Source: an uncultured Candidatus Saccharibacteria bacterium
GTDB lineage: Bacteria; Patescibacteriota; Dojkabacteria; SC72
Direction: 5' to 3'
DNA: 33,586 nt
NCBI GenBank assembly: GCA_964647075.1
Contig: CAZYGQ010000004.1
Coordinates: 1 to 33,586 of the forward strand
The position numbers were made by a program, and so were the translations under genes. Under the pieces are notes generated by a model. That model was not told where the DNA came from. It was given only the letters and a program-made list of their open reading frames with translations, and made no database searches. Positions 23,420 through 32,987 of this stretch are shown here, piece after piece; positions within the stretch are counted from its first letter, which is position 1; each line of letters opens with the position of its first letter.

Positions 23420-24250
23420 CTACTCCATTATTCCGCCAATCGTCTTTTCTAGTGTTAAAACATCATCATTCAAACCCCAAACCCGAAATACTCTCACGCC
23501 ACCATATGCTGGATTATGAAATTTTGTAATAATTTTGTCATTATTGATATAAAAGTCTAATTCTAATGGATATGTTACAGTCCATGTATCTTTATCTTCT
23601 GAGTCAGTATGGAATGTAAGTTTCTCTATATCACCATCAATTAATCTAAATATCGTAATATCATCATATGATCCACCAGCATAGGTATCAAGTACTAAGT
23701 ATTCCTCCCTGTCTGTAGAAAACAGTTTCAAAGAGACCTCACCTGTTTCATCTTCTCCATTAATATAGTATCTAACATAATCTTCTAGTTCCTCACCATT
23801 ATATGTCACACTACATCCATAGGACTCTCCCGGAAGAACTTGATCTAAATCTTTTTCTTCACACTCGATAGATAATATAAAACCATTATTTAATGACCAG
23901 TCCCTTTTAAATGTAGATAATTCACCATCAAAAAGAGTCTCTGGCATCTCTATCTTGGGAGTATCTGGAGTAAGATTATCTAAAGTCCAATCCCACCCAT
24001 ATACATACTCTTCTATACCATAGGATTGAGTTGTTTCTTCATACTGCGATAAATATTCTTTTTCGAATTCTGATTGTGTACCTAGTACTTCATATCCCTG
24101 AGTATAGTGGTCACGTAAAGTGTTATCTATGAGATCTACATAGTAATTACCAATTACAACAATCATCATTACTACTGGGAGAAAGGTAGCAACACCTTTT
24201 AATATTCTTTTAGAATTAATTTCTTTGGATAAGAATGGGTTGCTACTCAT
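23420..24250 (-). CDS. N-terminally membrane-anchored hypothetical protein (276 aa, acidic ectodomain)
   Basis: TM helix GVATFLPVVMMIVVIGNYYV near the N-terminus. No recognised domain. Last gene of the minus-strand block headed by hsdM. Confidence 0.5.
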   Translation of the reverse strand: MSSNPFLSKEINSKRILKGVATFLPVVMMIVVIGNYYVDLIDNTLRDHYTQGYEVLGTQSEFEKEYLSQYEETTQSYGIEEYVYGWDWTLDNLTPDTPKIEMPETLFDGELSTFKRDWSLNNGFILSIECEEKDLDQVLPGESYGCSVTYNGEELEDYVRYYINGEDETGEVSLKLFSTDREEYLVLDTYAGGSYDDITIFRLIDGDIEKLTFHTDSEDKDTWTVTYPLELDFYINNDKIITKFHNPAYGGVRVFRVWGLNDDVLTLEKTIGGIME

Positions 24251-24281
24251 AGTAATATAATATCGCTAAAATTTTAATTTA

Positions 24282-24869
24282 TCAAACTTCTTCTTCTTTT
24301 AATAGGCCCTTCTTTCTAGCCTCGGATAAAATATGATCTATATGTTTCTCAGCCCATGCAAGATAATTATCTAAATCTTTAAGATAAACAGTTTTCTTTC
24401 CAATTCTAATAAATTCAAGGGCAAATTCCATATCTGTTTGAAATCTTTCTTCTAGACCTAAGGTCTCTAATCTTTTCTTTTTCCGACTTTCATTTTCTTT
24501 ATCAAAATTATCTCGGATATCATGCCTTATATGATTCCGGACATTAATCCACAAAGAATTATAAGGATGATTTAACCCAGATTCCTCTAGATACATAACA
24601 ATAGTAGCAACATCTTCAAATAGACAAGAAGCTTCATGTAAACAGAACATAATCTTGGTAGGAGCACTTTCTTTACTCAACTGTTTAGCAATTTGACGAT
24701 ATCTTTGTAATTGCAACTTTGCACCTAACAGATATGGATAAGCCAATAAATTCAATATCTCTAATTGTATTTTCTTATCAGGCTTTTCTGAATCTTTATT
24801 TTCTTTTGGCTTTACACTTTTATCCTTAACATCATACCCTTTTTTTGTAACCTGTAGAACATAGCCCAT
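24282..24869 (-). CDS. hypothetical protein with an RNxxxH (HEPN-like) motif
   Basis: 195 aa. WINVRNHIRHDIRD contains R-x4-H (codons at 24539-24522) in a predicted helical context. The gene starts 23 nt downstream of the serine recombinase stop. Confidence 0.45.
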   Translation of the reverse strand: MGYVLQVTKKGYDVKDKSVKPKENKDSEKPDKKIQLEILNLLAYPYLLGAKLQLQRYRQIAKQLSKESAPTKIMFCLHEASCLFEDVATIVMYLEESGLNHPYNSLWINVRNHIRHDIRDNFDKENESRKKKRLETLGLEERFQTDMEFALEFIRIGKKTVYLKDLDNYLAWAEKHIDHILSEARKKGLLKEEEV

Positions 24870-24892
24870 ATCACTATTATATCATTCAAAAC

Positions 24893-26191
24893 TTACTCTA
24901 TTATCAACCTTCTATTATTTAATAGAAACTTAGTTTTAATACCTTCTAATATTCTTAGTCTCTCCTGTGGATTACCAAACTGTAGTATATGTAATAGGTA
25001 GTTCTTAATCATTTCATCTGTAGTATGTATTTCTTCTTTACCATTATGTGGTGTTAGTTCTTTTCCTTTGTAATTACTATCTTCTATTATCAATCTCATA
25101 TTGTTTACTCTCTTTATCTCATCATTGAATTCTTTAAGTAGATATTTCTTGTCTAATTTCATTTGAGGAAGTAACGATATTAATTGATTAATCATCTCTT
25201 CTTCTGTTATATATGGTTCTCTACACTTCTCATCTTTAGATCTACAACAGTGATAGTAGATATGTGTATTTACTTTAGTAGATTTAAGTACTCTGTACTT
25301 TATTTCTGCTGTTACTCCTGATCCACAACTAGCACATGTACATATCTTTTTAAATGGGAATACTTGTTTATTCCATTGTTTTGGTGTTGTTTCTAATTGT
25401 ATTTGTACCTTATCAAATAGCTGTTTGGATATTAATGCTTGATATGTTCCTTTATACCAATGTCCTCCGAAATGGAATTCTCCATAGTAGAATGGATTCT
25501 TAAGAGTAGCGAATACTCTTCCTAATGACATTTCACATCCTCTTGGTGTTTTAAAGTTTATACTTCTTAACCATCTTCTTATCATTCTTCCAGAGTGTCC
25601 TTCATACCCTACTCTTTCAAACATTTCTTTTACTATTGGTGCTCTTTCTTTATCAAACTGTACAGATGATATTCTATTTGCTTTTAGTATATTTACATAC
25701 CCTATTGGTGCTGGTCCTGGTCTAATTCCTATCATGCATTTATTTCTGTGTCCCCTTTTTACATTTATTCCTCTGTTATCATTTTCTAATTTAGCTTGAG
25801 AACATAGTATCATTAGTAAGAATTTTTCATTTGGGTTATTAGAGAATGTTTGTGAATGGCAGTTTATTAGTTCTAGTTTTCCTTGATCCATTAGGTCTAC
25901 TATTCTTCCTAAGTCTCCTGCATTTCTAGATAGTCTGTCTGGTGCCCATGTAATAATGGCGTTGTATTTTCCTTTGAATATATTGTCTAATAGGTTATTG
26001 AATTGTGGTCTTTGTCCTGTTTCTTTTGCAGAGTGTGATTCTGTAATTGTTTCTACTATGTTTATCTTTTCTCTTTTAGCTTTTTCTTTCATTTCCATGA
26101 GTTGTCCATCTATACTCATGGCTTGTCTTTCATCTGATTCTGAGGATTTTCTTGCGTAGAGGACATATTTGAGTTGTCGTGTATCTTTCAT
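24893..26191 (-). CDS. large serine recombinase (resolvase/invertase catalytic domain + recombinase domain + Cys-rich zinc ribbon)
   Basis: 432 aa. YVLYARKSSESDERQAMSIDGQ (catalytic Ser region), ITWAPDRLSRNAGD, and a C-terminal Cys cluster CTCASCGSG...YYHCCRSKDEKC. Confidence 0.85.
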   Translation of the reverse strand: MKDTRQLKYVLYARKSSESDERQAMSIDGQLMEMKEKAKREKINIVETITESHSAKETGQRPQFNNLLDNIFKGKYNAIITWAPDRLSRNAGDLGRIVDLMDQGKLELINCHSQTFSNNPNEKFLLMILCSQAKLENDNRGINVKRGHRNKCMIGIRPGPAPIGYVNILKANRISSVQFDKERAPIVKEMFERVGYEGHSGRMIRRWLRSINFKTPRGCEMSLGRVFATLKNPFYYGEFHFGGHWYKGTYQALISKQLFDKVQIQLETTPKQWNKQVFPFKKICTCASCGSGVTAEIKYRVLKSTKVNTHIYYHCCRSKDEKCREPYITEEEMINQLISLLPQMKLDKKYLLKEFNDEIKRVNNMRLIIEDSNYKGKELTPHNGKEEIHTTDEMIKNYLLHILQFGNPQERLRILEGIKTKFLLNNRRLIIE

Positions 26192-26234
26192 TAGAAGGAA
26201 GGTACCAGTAAGGTGAGAGGAAGTCTAGGGAATT

Positions 26235-29200
26235 CTAAAGATTTCTTGAGATATCAAAGAATCTCTCAAAGAAACTTGAGAGTTTACTTAATACACTTTC
26301 TCTTTTTTTGCTTCTTTCTCTTGTTTGAGAAAAACGTGATACAGGTGGTAAAACTTTTGTAATTGCTGTCCCAGTAGTAGCTACCACACCATCTCTAAAA
26401 GCATTCTGAATGAAAGTATATGTAGCGTCTCTATCTAAACTCTCGCTTTCAATTATTTGTTCTAACTCTTCAATCTTCTTTTTGTTGACAAAATTTTGCC
26501 AATCTTCATCAACAACTGACTGGGCACCCAAGGATGTTATGAATTGATTTATCAAATCTTTCTTGTTTCTTAACGAGACACTCGAATCAATTGCCTTATT
26601 TATATCTACTAAAATCTCTCGATTTTGAATATGATCTTCATGATATTTTTTGATTAATCCAAGTATGTAATCAATATTAATATCAACTTGCTTAATAAGT
26701 TCCATTTCAAAGACCAAATCATCATTAACATTTTCCTTCTCCCCTTCCTCTCCTTTCCTGAATTCATTGTATATATCTATATAGACACTATGATAATCTT
26801 GTACGTCACGCTCCGTCAGGATTTCATTTCCTTCAAACTCATCAAATGTTACAAGAATATTTCTAACTCGTAAAATTGCACTATATAACTTGATAAAGTC
26901 CTTCTGACTTTGTTCACCAAGTACTCTTTCTCCAACTGGATATTTTTCCAACAACTCATTAACCATGCTTTCATATCCTCTTACTTCTTTTTCGCCATCT
27001 TTATATCCATAATAGTAATCTTTATATGCTTTTAATAAAACAATACCACTAGCCTCTTTATCTCCAAATAAGGCAATAGATTCATTTGTTGCCTTCTCAA
27101 GATTACGGAAACAAACAATATTTCCAAATGTTTTTACACTATTTAATATACGATTAGTTCGAGAAAATGCTTGCAGTAACCCATGTAATCGTAAATTCTT
27201 ATCAACCCATAAGGTATTAAGTGTTGTAGCATCAAAACCAGTTAAGAACATATTTACTACAATCAAGATGTCAATATCCCTGTTTTTTACACGCTCACTT
27301 ACATCTTTATAATAGTTCTGGAATTTATCTGAAGAGGTATCATAAGATGTTCCAAACACCTGATTGTAATCTGCAATAGCACTTTCTAAGAAATCCCTTG
27401 AGCTAGTATCAAGACCTGATGTATCCTCAGAATTCTCATCTATCATTCCATCTGCATCTTCGTCATTTACTCCGAAACTATATATTGTTGCAATCTTTAA
27501 TCTTTTATCACTTGGAACTTCTGATAACTGTTTTTTAAATTCTGCATAATACTTTTTGGCTACATCAATAGATGAAACTGCAAAGATAGAATTAAAACCA
27601 GCAAGTCTCCTTTCTTTTATTTTGTAAAAAGTATTTCGTTTTGTTTTTTGATCAAAATGCTCTCGAATATATTCCACAATGTTAGAAAGTCTTTCAGGAG
27701 ATGAGAGAATCGCTTCTCTATCAATATCGCTTACTTTTTCATCTTCAATGTCCTCTGCCTCACGAACTGTTGAAATGTAATCTACTTTGAATGGTAAAAC
27801 ATTATTATCAGCAATAGCATCAACAATTGTATACGTATGCAATTTTTCTCCAAATGCTTGCTCTGTTGTTTTCAAATCTGGACGACCACCCGAAGATGCA
27901 TTGATTGCAAAGATTGGAGTACCTGTAAAACCAAAAATATGATAATTCTTAAATGCCTTCGTTATTGCAGCATGCATTTCTCCAAACTGCGAACGATGAC
28001 ATTCATCGAATATAATCACTACATGTCCATCAAGAATTGTATTTCCGTTGTTTCTACTTACAAATCTCTCTAATTTTTGTATCGTAGTTATAATTATCCT
28101 AGAATTCGGATCATTTAGCTGTTTTGTCAGTATTGCTGTACTTGTATTACTGTTCGCTGCACCTTTTTCAAATTTGTCATATTCTCGCATTGTTTGATAG
28201 TCCAAATCCTTACGATCTACAACAAATATTACTTTTTCAATGTAAGGTAGCTTACTAGCTAATTGAGCTGTTTTGAAACTAGTTAAAGTTTTTCCTGATC
28301 CTGTTGTATGCCATATATATCCCCCAGCGTCTACTGTACCCAGTTTTTTATAGTTTGTACTTACCTCAATTCTATTAAGTATTCTTTCAGTAGCAACGAT
28401 CTGATAAGGACGCATCACAAGAAGTAATTTTTCTGTAGTAAAGACACAATACTTGCTTAATATATTTAAAATAGTATGTTTTGCAAAGAATGTTTTTGCG
28501 AAATCCATTAAATCTGTTATCGGTCGATTTGTAGCATCTGCCCACCAACTTGTGAATTCAAAACTATTACTAGTTCTTTTACCCATTTTAGTTGAGCCTT
28601 CTCCTGTTTCTTTAATATGCTGAGATCTTGTTGTATTACTGTAATACTTTGTATGGGTACCATTTGAAATTACAAATAACTGTACATATTCAAAAAGTCC
28701 CGATGATGCCCAAAAACTTTCTCTACTATATCTATTTATTTGATTGAAGGCTTCTTTAATTGCAATTCCTCTTCGTTTTAATTCTACGTGTACTAAGGGT
28801 AATCCATTAACAAGAATTGTTACATCATATCTATTTGCTCTTTGTCCTTCTTCTGTTGAGTATTGGTTGATTACTTGTAGAATATTGTCATGGATATTGT
28901 CTTTTCTAATTAAATATATATTCCTTACTATTCCATCATCTCGAATTAAATTCTTTATATAGTCTTCTTGTATTGTGGTTGTTTTCTCTTGAATGCTTTG
29001 ATTTGGATTTGCTAATTCACTTTTAAAAAATTTTTCCCATTCTGTATCAGAGAATGTATATTCATTTAATTTTTGTAATTGTATACGTAGGTTATTGATA
29101 AGATCTTCTTCATTGTTTATCGATAGATATTCATATGCTTGTAATTTTAGTTGTTCAATGAAGGCTTTTTCTAATTCTGCTTCGGTTTGATACTTTGCAT

Positions 29201-29294
29201 CTCGGAGTGTGTTTGTATTAGAAACATATTTACTTACTACAGTACTTTCTGTATTTTGAGCAACCATATTGTAACTATATGTATTATTTTCCAT
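26235..29294 (-). CDS. hsdR: Type I restriction enzyme, R subunit (HsdR)
   Basis: 1019 aa. Nuclease motif RYDVTILVNGLPLVHVELKRRG. Helicase motif I HTTGSGKT. Motif II IIFDECHRSQ. Later FTGTP and helicase C motifs. Confidence 0.92.
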   Translation of the reverse strand: MENNTYSYNMVAQNTESTVVSKYVSNTNTLRDAKYQTEAELEKAFIEQLKLQAYEYLSINNEEDLINNLRIQLQKLNEYTFSDTEWEKFFKSELANPNQSIQEKTTTIQEDYIKNLIRDDGIVRNIYLIRKDNIHDNILQVINQYSTEEGQRANRYDVTILVNGLPLVHVELKRRGIAIKEAFNQINRYSRESFWASSGLFEYVQLFVISNGTHTKYYSNTTRSQHIKETGEGSTKMGKRTSNSFEFTSWWADATNRPITDLMDFAKTFFAKHTILNILSKYCVFTTEKLLLVMRPYQIVATERILNRIEVSTNYKKLGTVDAGGYIWHTTGSGKTLTSFKTAQLASKLPYIEKVIFVVDRKDLDYQTMREYDKFEKGAANSNTSTAILTKQLNDPNSRIIITTIQKLERFVSRNNGNTILDGHVVIIFDECHRSQFGEMHAAITKAFKNYHIFGFTGTPIFAINASSGGRPDLKTTEQAFGEKLHTYTIVDAIADNNVLPFKVDYISTVREAEDIEDEKVSDIDREAILSSPERLSNIVEYIREHFDQKTKRNTFYKIKERRLAGFNSIFAVSSIDVAKKYYAEFKKQLSEVPSDKRLKIATIYSFGVNDEDADGMIDENSEDTSGLDTSSRDFLESAIADYNQVFGTSYDTSSDKFQNYYKDVSERVKNRDIDILIVVNMFLTGFDATTLNTLWVDKNLRLHGLLQAFSRTNRILNSVKTFGNIVCFRNLEKATNESIALFGDKEASGIVLLKAYKDYYYGYKDGEKEVRGYESMVNELLEKYPVGERVLGEQSQKDFIKLYSAILRVRNILVTFDEFEGNEILTERDVQDYHSVYIDIYNEFRKGEEGEKENVNDDLVFEMELIKQVDINIDYILGLIKKYHEDHIQNREILVDINKAIDSSVSLRNKKDLINQFITSLGAQSVVDEDWQNFVNKKKIEELEQIIESESLDRDATYTFIQNAFRDGVVATTGTAITKVLPPVSRFSQTRERSKKRESVLSKLSSFFERFFDISRNL

Positions 29295-29877
29295 ATTCTT
29301 TGAAGGTTAATAGTTTGTTTCTATAATATTCGTATTGCTTCTTCCTTGCTTCCAATTCTGCTTCCAATTCTGCTTCCAATTCTGCTTCCAATTCTGTAAA
29401 AGAATCTAATATTTTTACTATTTCTTGTTGAATTGGAAGGGCAGGGAGAGGAATTGGCAATTTCCATAGGTAAGACTTATCTAGTTTTGGCATTGAGCCG
29501 CCATAAAGATGATGCTTAAAATTTTGTGATTCATGCTTTACGAAATAGTAAACATATTTAATAAGTGCTTTTTCATCTTTTTGAGTTGCAACAAAACATA
29601 CATCTGTTGCCCAAAACTTATTGGGTAACCAATTTACAAAACCAGCACTTCCTGCACGTGAGATTGTTATTGCATTTTCAAAATTATATTTATTATAATA
29701 ACCAGTAGGTGATGTGCCCCCACCCATAACAGGATATTCAAAATCGCCATCCATCATTGATTTAATAATTCTGTCGCCTGCTTGAAGATTGCAAATTTTA
29801 CTAAATTCTTTAATTTCCACTATCCCTGAGCACAATTCATTAATCAACTTTTCAATATTGTTCATTTTTTTACTCAT
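29284..29877 (-). CDS. hsdS: Type I restriction enzyme specificity subunit (HsdS), half-size with a single target-recognition domain
   Basis: 197 aa, about half the length of typical two-TRD HsdS proteins. Conserved LPIPLPALPIQQEIVKILDSFTELEAELE... helix. Overlaps hsdM by 8 nt and hsdR by 11 nt. Confidence 0.8.
   Translation of the reverse strand: MSKKMNNIEKLINELCSGIVEIKEFSKICNLQAGDRIIKSMMDGDFEYPVMGGGTSPTGYYNKYNFENAITISRAGSAGFVNWLPNKFWATDVCFVATQKDEKALIKYVYYFVKHESQNFKHHLYGGSMPKLDKSYLWKLPIPLPALPIQQEIVKILDSFTELEAELEAELEAELEARKKQYEYYRNKLLTFKEYGK
29348..29395 (-). repeat. perfect in-frame tandem repeat, 12 bp x 4 (GCTTCCAATTCT on the + strand), encoding (ELEA)x4 in HsdS
   Basis: Read directly from the sequence: gcttccaattct gcttccaattct gcttccaattct gcttccaattct. 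The minus-strand codons are GAA TTG GAA GCA. Confidence 0.95.
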
Positions 29878-31456
29878 TTGCTTCTATATCATTTACTATT
29901 TCATCAATTGCTAATCTCAATTCATTCTGTCTCTTAACAATATCTTTTATTTTTGAATTAAGTTCAGAAATATTTATTATCTCCCTCGTATCTTCCGCTA
30001 TAACATAGCTTGAAACACCAATATTGTAATCATTCTCCCCTATCTCTTTGTTATCTACCAATTTCGAAAAATACTCCTCATCTAAACGTTTTGAAAAACT
30101 ATTAAGTATCTTACTAATATTCTCTTCACTTAATTTGTTCTTGTTTCCTCCTCTTACAAATTCCTTAGAAGCATCTATAAAAAGAGTTTTGTTATCCTTT
30201 TTGCTCTTTTTAAGAACAATTACACATGTTGCAATCGTAGTTCCAAAAAACAAATCTGGTGGTAATTGAATAACCGTATCAATATAGTTGTTATCTATTA
30301 GATATTTTCTTATTTTTTGTTCTGCCCCTCCGCGATATAAAACCCCTGGGAATTCAACAATAGCTGCAGTACCACTTGTAGAAAGCCATGAAAGCATATG
30401 CATTGTAAATGCTAAATCCGCCTTACTCTTTGGTGCCAATACTCCTGCAGGGGAAAAACGAGGATCATTTATTAGTAACGGGTTACTGTCTCCTTCCCAT
30501 CTTATAGAATATGGGGGATTAGACACTATTGCATCAAAAGGCTCATCATCCCAATGCTTTGGATCAGTTAATGTATCTCCAAGTGCAATATCAAAATTAT
30601 TGTAATTAATATCATGCAAAAACATATTTATACGACAGAGATTGTAAGTAGTAAGATTAATCTCCTGTCCAAAGAAACCTTGACGAACATTTTCTTTTCC
30701 TAAAACTTTAGAAAATTTAAGAAGCAAAGAACCAGAACCACATGCTGGGTCATATACTTTATTTACTTCTTTCTTCCCTACTGTCGTAATCTTTGCAAGA
30801 AGCTCACTCACTTCTTGTGGAGTGTAGAACTCTCCTCCAGACTTTCCTGCATTGGAAGCATACATTGTCATAAGAAATTCATATGCATCTCCAAAAGCAT
30901 CTATTGTATTATCAGAATAATTGCCCAAACGAAGTCCTCCAATAGCCTCTAGGAGATTTACTAATTTCTGATTTCTTTTTTCAACTGTATTACCAAGTTT
31001 TGCAGAGTTAACATCAAGATCTGCAAAGAGTCCTTTTAAGTCATCTTCACTACTAAATCCTTTTGCTGAATTCTCAATATTCTTAAAAACTTGTGAAAGT
31101 GTTTCATTTAAGTTCTTATCCTGTCTAGCATTTTTTAAAACATTTAAGAAAAGTTCACTAGGTAATATGTAGAATCCCTTTTCCTTTACAGTGTCCTCAT
31201 GGCCATACTCGGCTTTTTCATCGGATAGATCTGCGTAATTGAAGTCCTTATTTCCTGACCTACGTTCGTCTGTATTAATATAGTTAGTTAGATTCTCACT
31301 AATGAAACGATAGAAGAGTATACCAAGGACATATTGTTTAAAATCCCACCCATCAACGCTACCTCGTAAATCATTTGCAATCTGCCAGATAGCTCTATGT
31401 AGTTCTGTGCGTTCTTGCTCTTTAGTTCGATTACCATTTTGAGTAGTATCTGCCAT
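29870..31456 (-). CDS. hsdM: Type I restriction enzyme, M subunit (HsdM), N6-adenine DNA methyltransferase
   Basis: 528 aa. HsdM N-terminal domain LHRAIWQIANDLRGSVDGWDFKQYVLGILFYRFISE. SAM motif VYDPACGSGSLL. Catalytic IVSNPPYS. Confidence 0.92.
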   Translation of the reverse strand: MADTTQNGNRTKEQERTELHRAIWQIANDLRGSVDGWDFKQYVLGILFYRFISENLTNYINTDERRSGNKDFNYADLSDEKAEYGHEDTVKEKGFYILPSELFLNVLKNARQDKNLNETLSQVFKNIENSAKGFSSEDDLKGLFADLDVNSAKLGNTVEKRNQKLVNLLEAIGGLRLGNYSDNTIDAFGDAYEFLMTMYASNAGKSGGEFYTPQEVSELLAKITTVGKKEVNKVYDPACGSGSLLLKFSKVLGKENVRQGFFGQEINLTTYNLCRINMFLHDINYNNFDIALGDTLTDPKHWDDEPFDAIVSNPPYSIRWEGDSNPLLINDPRFSPAGVLAPKSKADLAFTMHMLSWLSTSGTAAIVEFPGVLYRGGAEQKIRKYLIDNNYIDTVIQLPPDLFFGTTIATCVIVLKKSKKDNKTLFIDASKEFVRGGNKNKLSEENISKILNSFSKRLDEEYFSKLVDNKEIGENDYNIGVSSYVIAEDTREIINISELNSKIKDIVKRQNELRLAIDEIVNDIEANE

Positions 31457-31614
31457 GTGTTTATTTTACCCTCTTATTTGTTTTTTTACCACCTCCGCCT
31501 ACCCCGAAGATGCACAAATTTTAAGGTTTAGTATAAAAATTGGTATCTCCGATTTTTCTTTTAATCCGAACTGTTTGGAATTCCCGAACAGTTAAATTCC
31601 GCATACCAATACAT

Positions 31615-32367
31615 TTACTCTTCTCCCAACACCTCTAACATATCCTTAGGTAAATACCCCTTAGCCCTCTCCCATATATCCTCATCCAAACCATAGTAAG
31701 CTTCAGATATACTACCTGTAATAGCTGCTAGCGTATCAGCATCACCATTTAAATATATAGCATTCCTAATACTATCTTCAAAACTATTACTATCCAAAAA
31801 ACAAATAATACTCTGGGGAACAGTATCTATACCCAATTCACTCCTAATATATTCCTTTCTAACCTCTTCATATGTCTTACTTAAATCATATTTAAACCTC
31901 TCTTCAATATACTCCCTAATCTCTTCCTTACTCTTTTTAATCCTACTTAAATATATACACATAGCTACTGCTTGAGCTGTCTCTATCCCCTCTATATGAT
32001 TATGTGTGATCTCTGATACCCTCTTAGCCTCTCTAAGTACATCCTCTTCTGTATCATATAGCCATCCTACACTAGATACTCTCATAGCAGATCCATTACC
32101 TTTACTATCGTATGGTTCTTTCTTTTTACTTAGTATCCATTCAAAAAACATACCACCATATCCTCTATTAGGATATTTCTCTATCCATTTCATAAAAGAT
32201 TTTTCTAAAGGAATATTGTTTTTTAAAGAATCATATACTGCAATAGTTAATACAGAATCATCTGTAAATGTACTACCATATGGAAAAAGTTCAAACTCTT
32301 TACTAGTAACCTTATTACTAAACTCATATGTACTCCCTATTATGTCTCCTATAATGGCTCCTCTCAT
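31615..32367 (-). CDS. ADP-ribosylglycohydrolase family protein (DraG/ARH-like)
   Basis: 250 aa. N-terminal MRGAIIGDIIGSTYEF and C-terminal LNGDADTLAAITGSISEAYYG are the two metal-binding signature regions of the family. Confidence 0.85.
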   Translation of the reverse strand: MRGAIIGDIIGSTYEFSNKVTSKEFELFPYGSTFTDDSVLTIAVYDSLKNNIPLEKSFMKWIEKYPNRGYGGMFFEWILSKKKEPYDSKGNGSAMRVSSVGWLYDTEEDVLREAKRVSEITHNHIEGIETAQAVAMCIYLSRIKKSKEEIREYIEERFKYDLSKTYEEVRKEYIRSELGIDTVPQSIICFLDSNSFEDSIRNAIYLNGDADTLAAITGSISEAYYGLDEDIWERAKGYLPKDMLEVLGEE

Positions 32368-32471
32368 ATATCCCCATTATACAATATATTTAACATATTT
32401 CTTCTCGATTACTAATTAATCTTTCACTCTATAACTGTTTTAATAATATTGAAACTCTTATATACTAAACT

Positions 32472-32978
32472 ATGGAGAAACTATATCTATACATTGGTAT
32501 TCTTTTTGTATTAGGCTTTCTATTTAGACTATTTTTTAAAAAGAAACCTAAAGAAAAGAAAATATATCAATATACTAAGAAACAGTATTTATTAAGAAAA
32601 GATGAAAATGATTTCCTAAAGATATTAGAACAGATACTCAGTAATAGATATTACATATTTCCACAAGTACATATATCTTCAATAGTCGAACATAAGATAA
32701 AGGGTCAAAGTTTTAAGGGAGCATTAAGTCATATAGATAGAAAATCTATTGATTATTTAGTATGTGATAAACAGTATATATCACCAATATTGGGTATAGA
32801 GCTAGATGGATCATCACATGATAGAGAAGACAGAATAGAACGAGATATAGAGGTTGAAAGAATATTTAAAGATATCGATTTACCCTTGTTAAGGATAAAC
32901 AGTAGGGATAGAAGTAATACAGAATTTATAAAGGAAGAAATAGAAAAATTTATCCACAATATAAAACAATTTCATTGA
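32472..32978 (+). CDS. DUF2726-domain protein with N-terminal TM helix
   Basis: 168 aa. LLRKDENDFLKILEQIL...YYIFPQVHISSIV...SIDYLVCDKQYISPILGIELDGSSHDREDRIERDIEVERIFKDIDLPLLRI matches the DUF2726 pattern (a restriction-endonuclease-like fold family). Confidence 0.75.
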   Translation: MEKLYLYIGILFVLGFLFRLFFKKKPKEKKIYQYTKKQYLLRKDENDFLKILEQILSNRYYIFPQVHISSIVEHKIKGQSFKGALSHIDRKSIDYLVCDKQYISPILGIELDGSSHDREDRIERDIEVERIFKDIDLPLLRINSRDRSNTEFIKEEIEKFIHNIKQFH

Positions 32979-32987
32979 AACAATATC

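Noticed and set aside
31488-31520. Possible ninth, highly degenerate repeat copy upstream of hsdM (ACCACCTCCGCCTACCCCGAAGATG versus TCCTCCGCCAATTTCAACATG in copy F)
   Set aside because: The similarity rests on CCTCCGCC plus a few scattered matches, and no M or R module follows. It needs a proper alignment before it can be claimed.
31571-31600. Inverted repeat AACTGTT...AACAGTT downstream of the ADP-ribosylglycohydrolase gene as a terminator
   Set aside because: The stem is only 7 bp with an 11-nt loop, and no U-tract follows on the minus strand. That is not enough to call a terminator.
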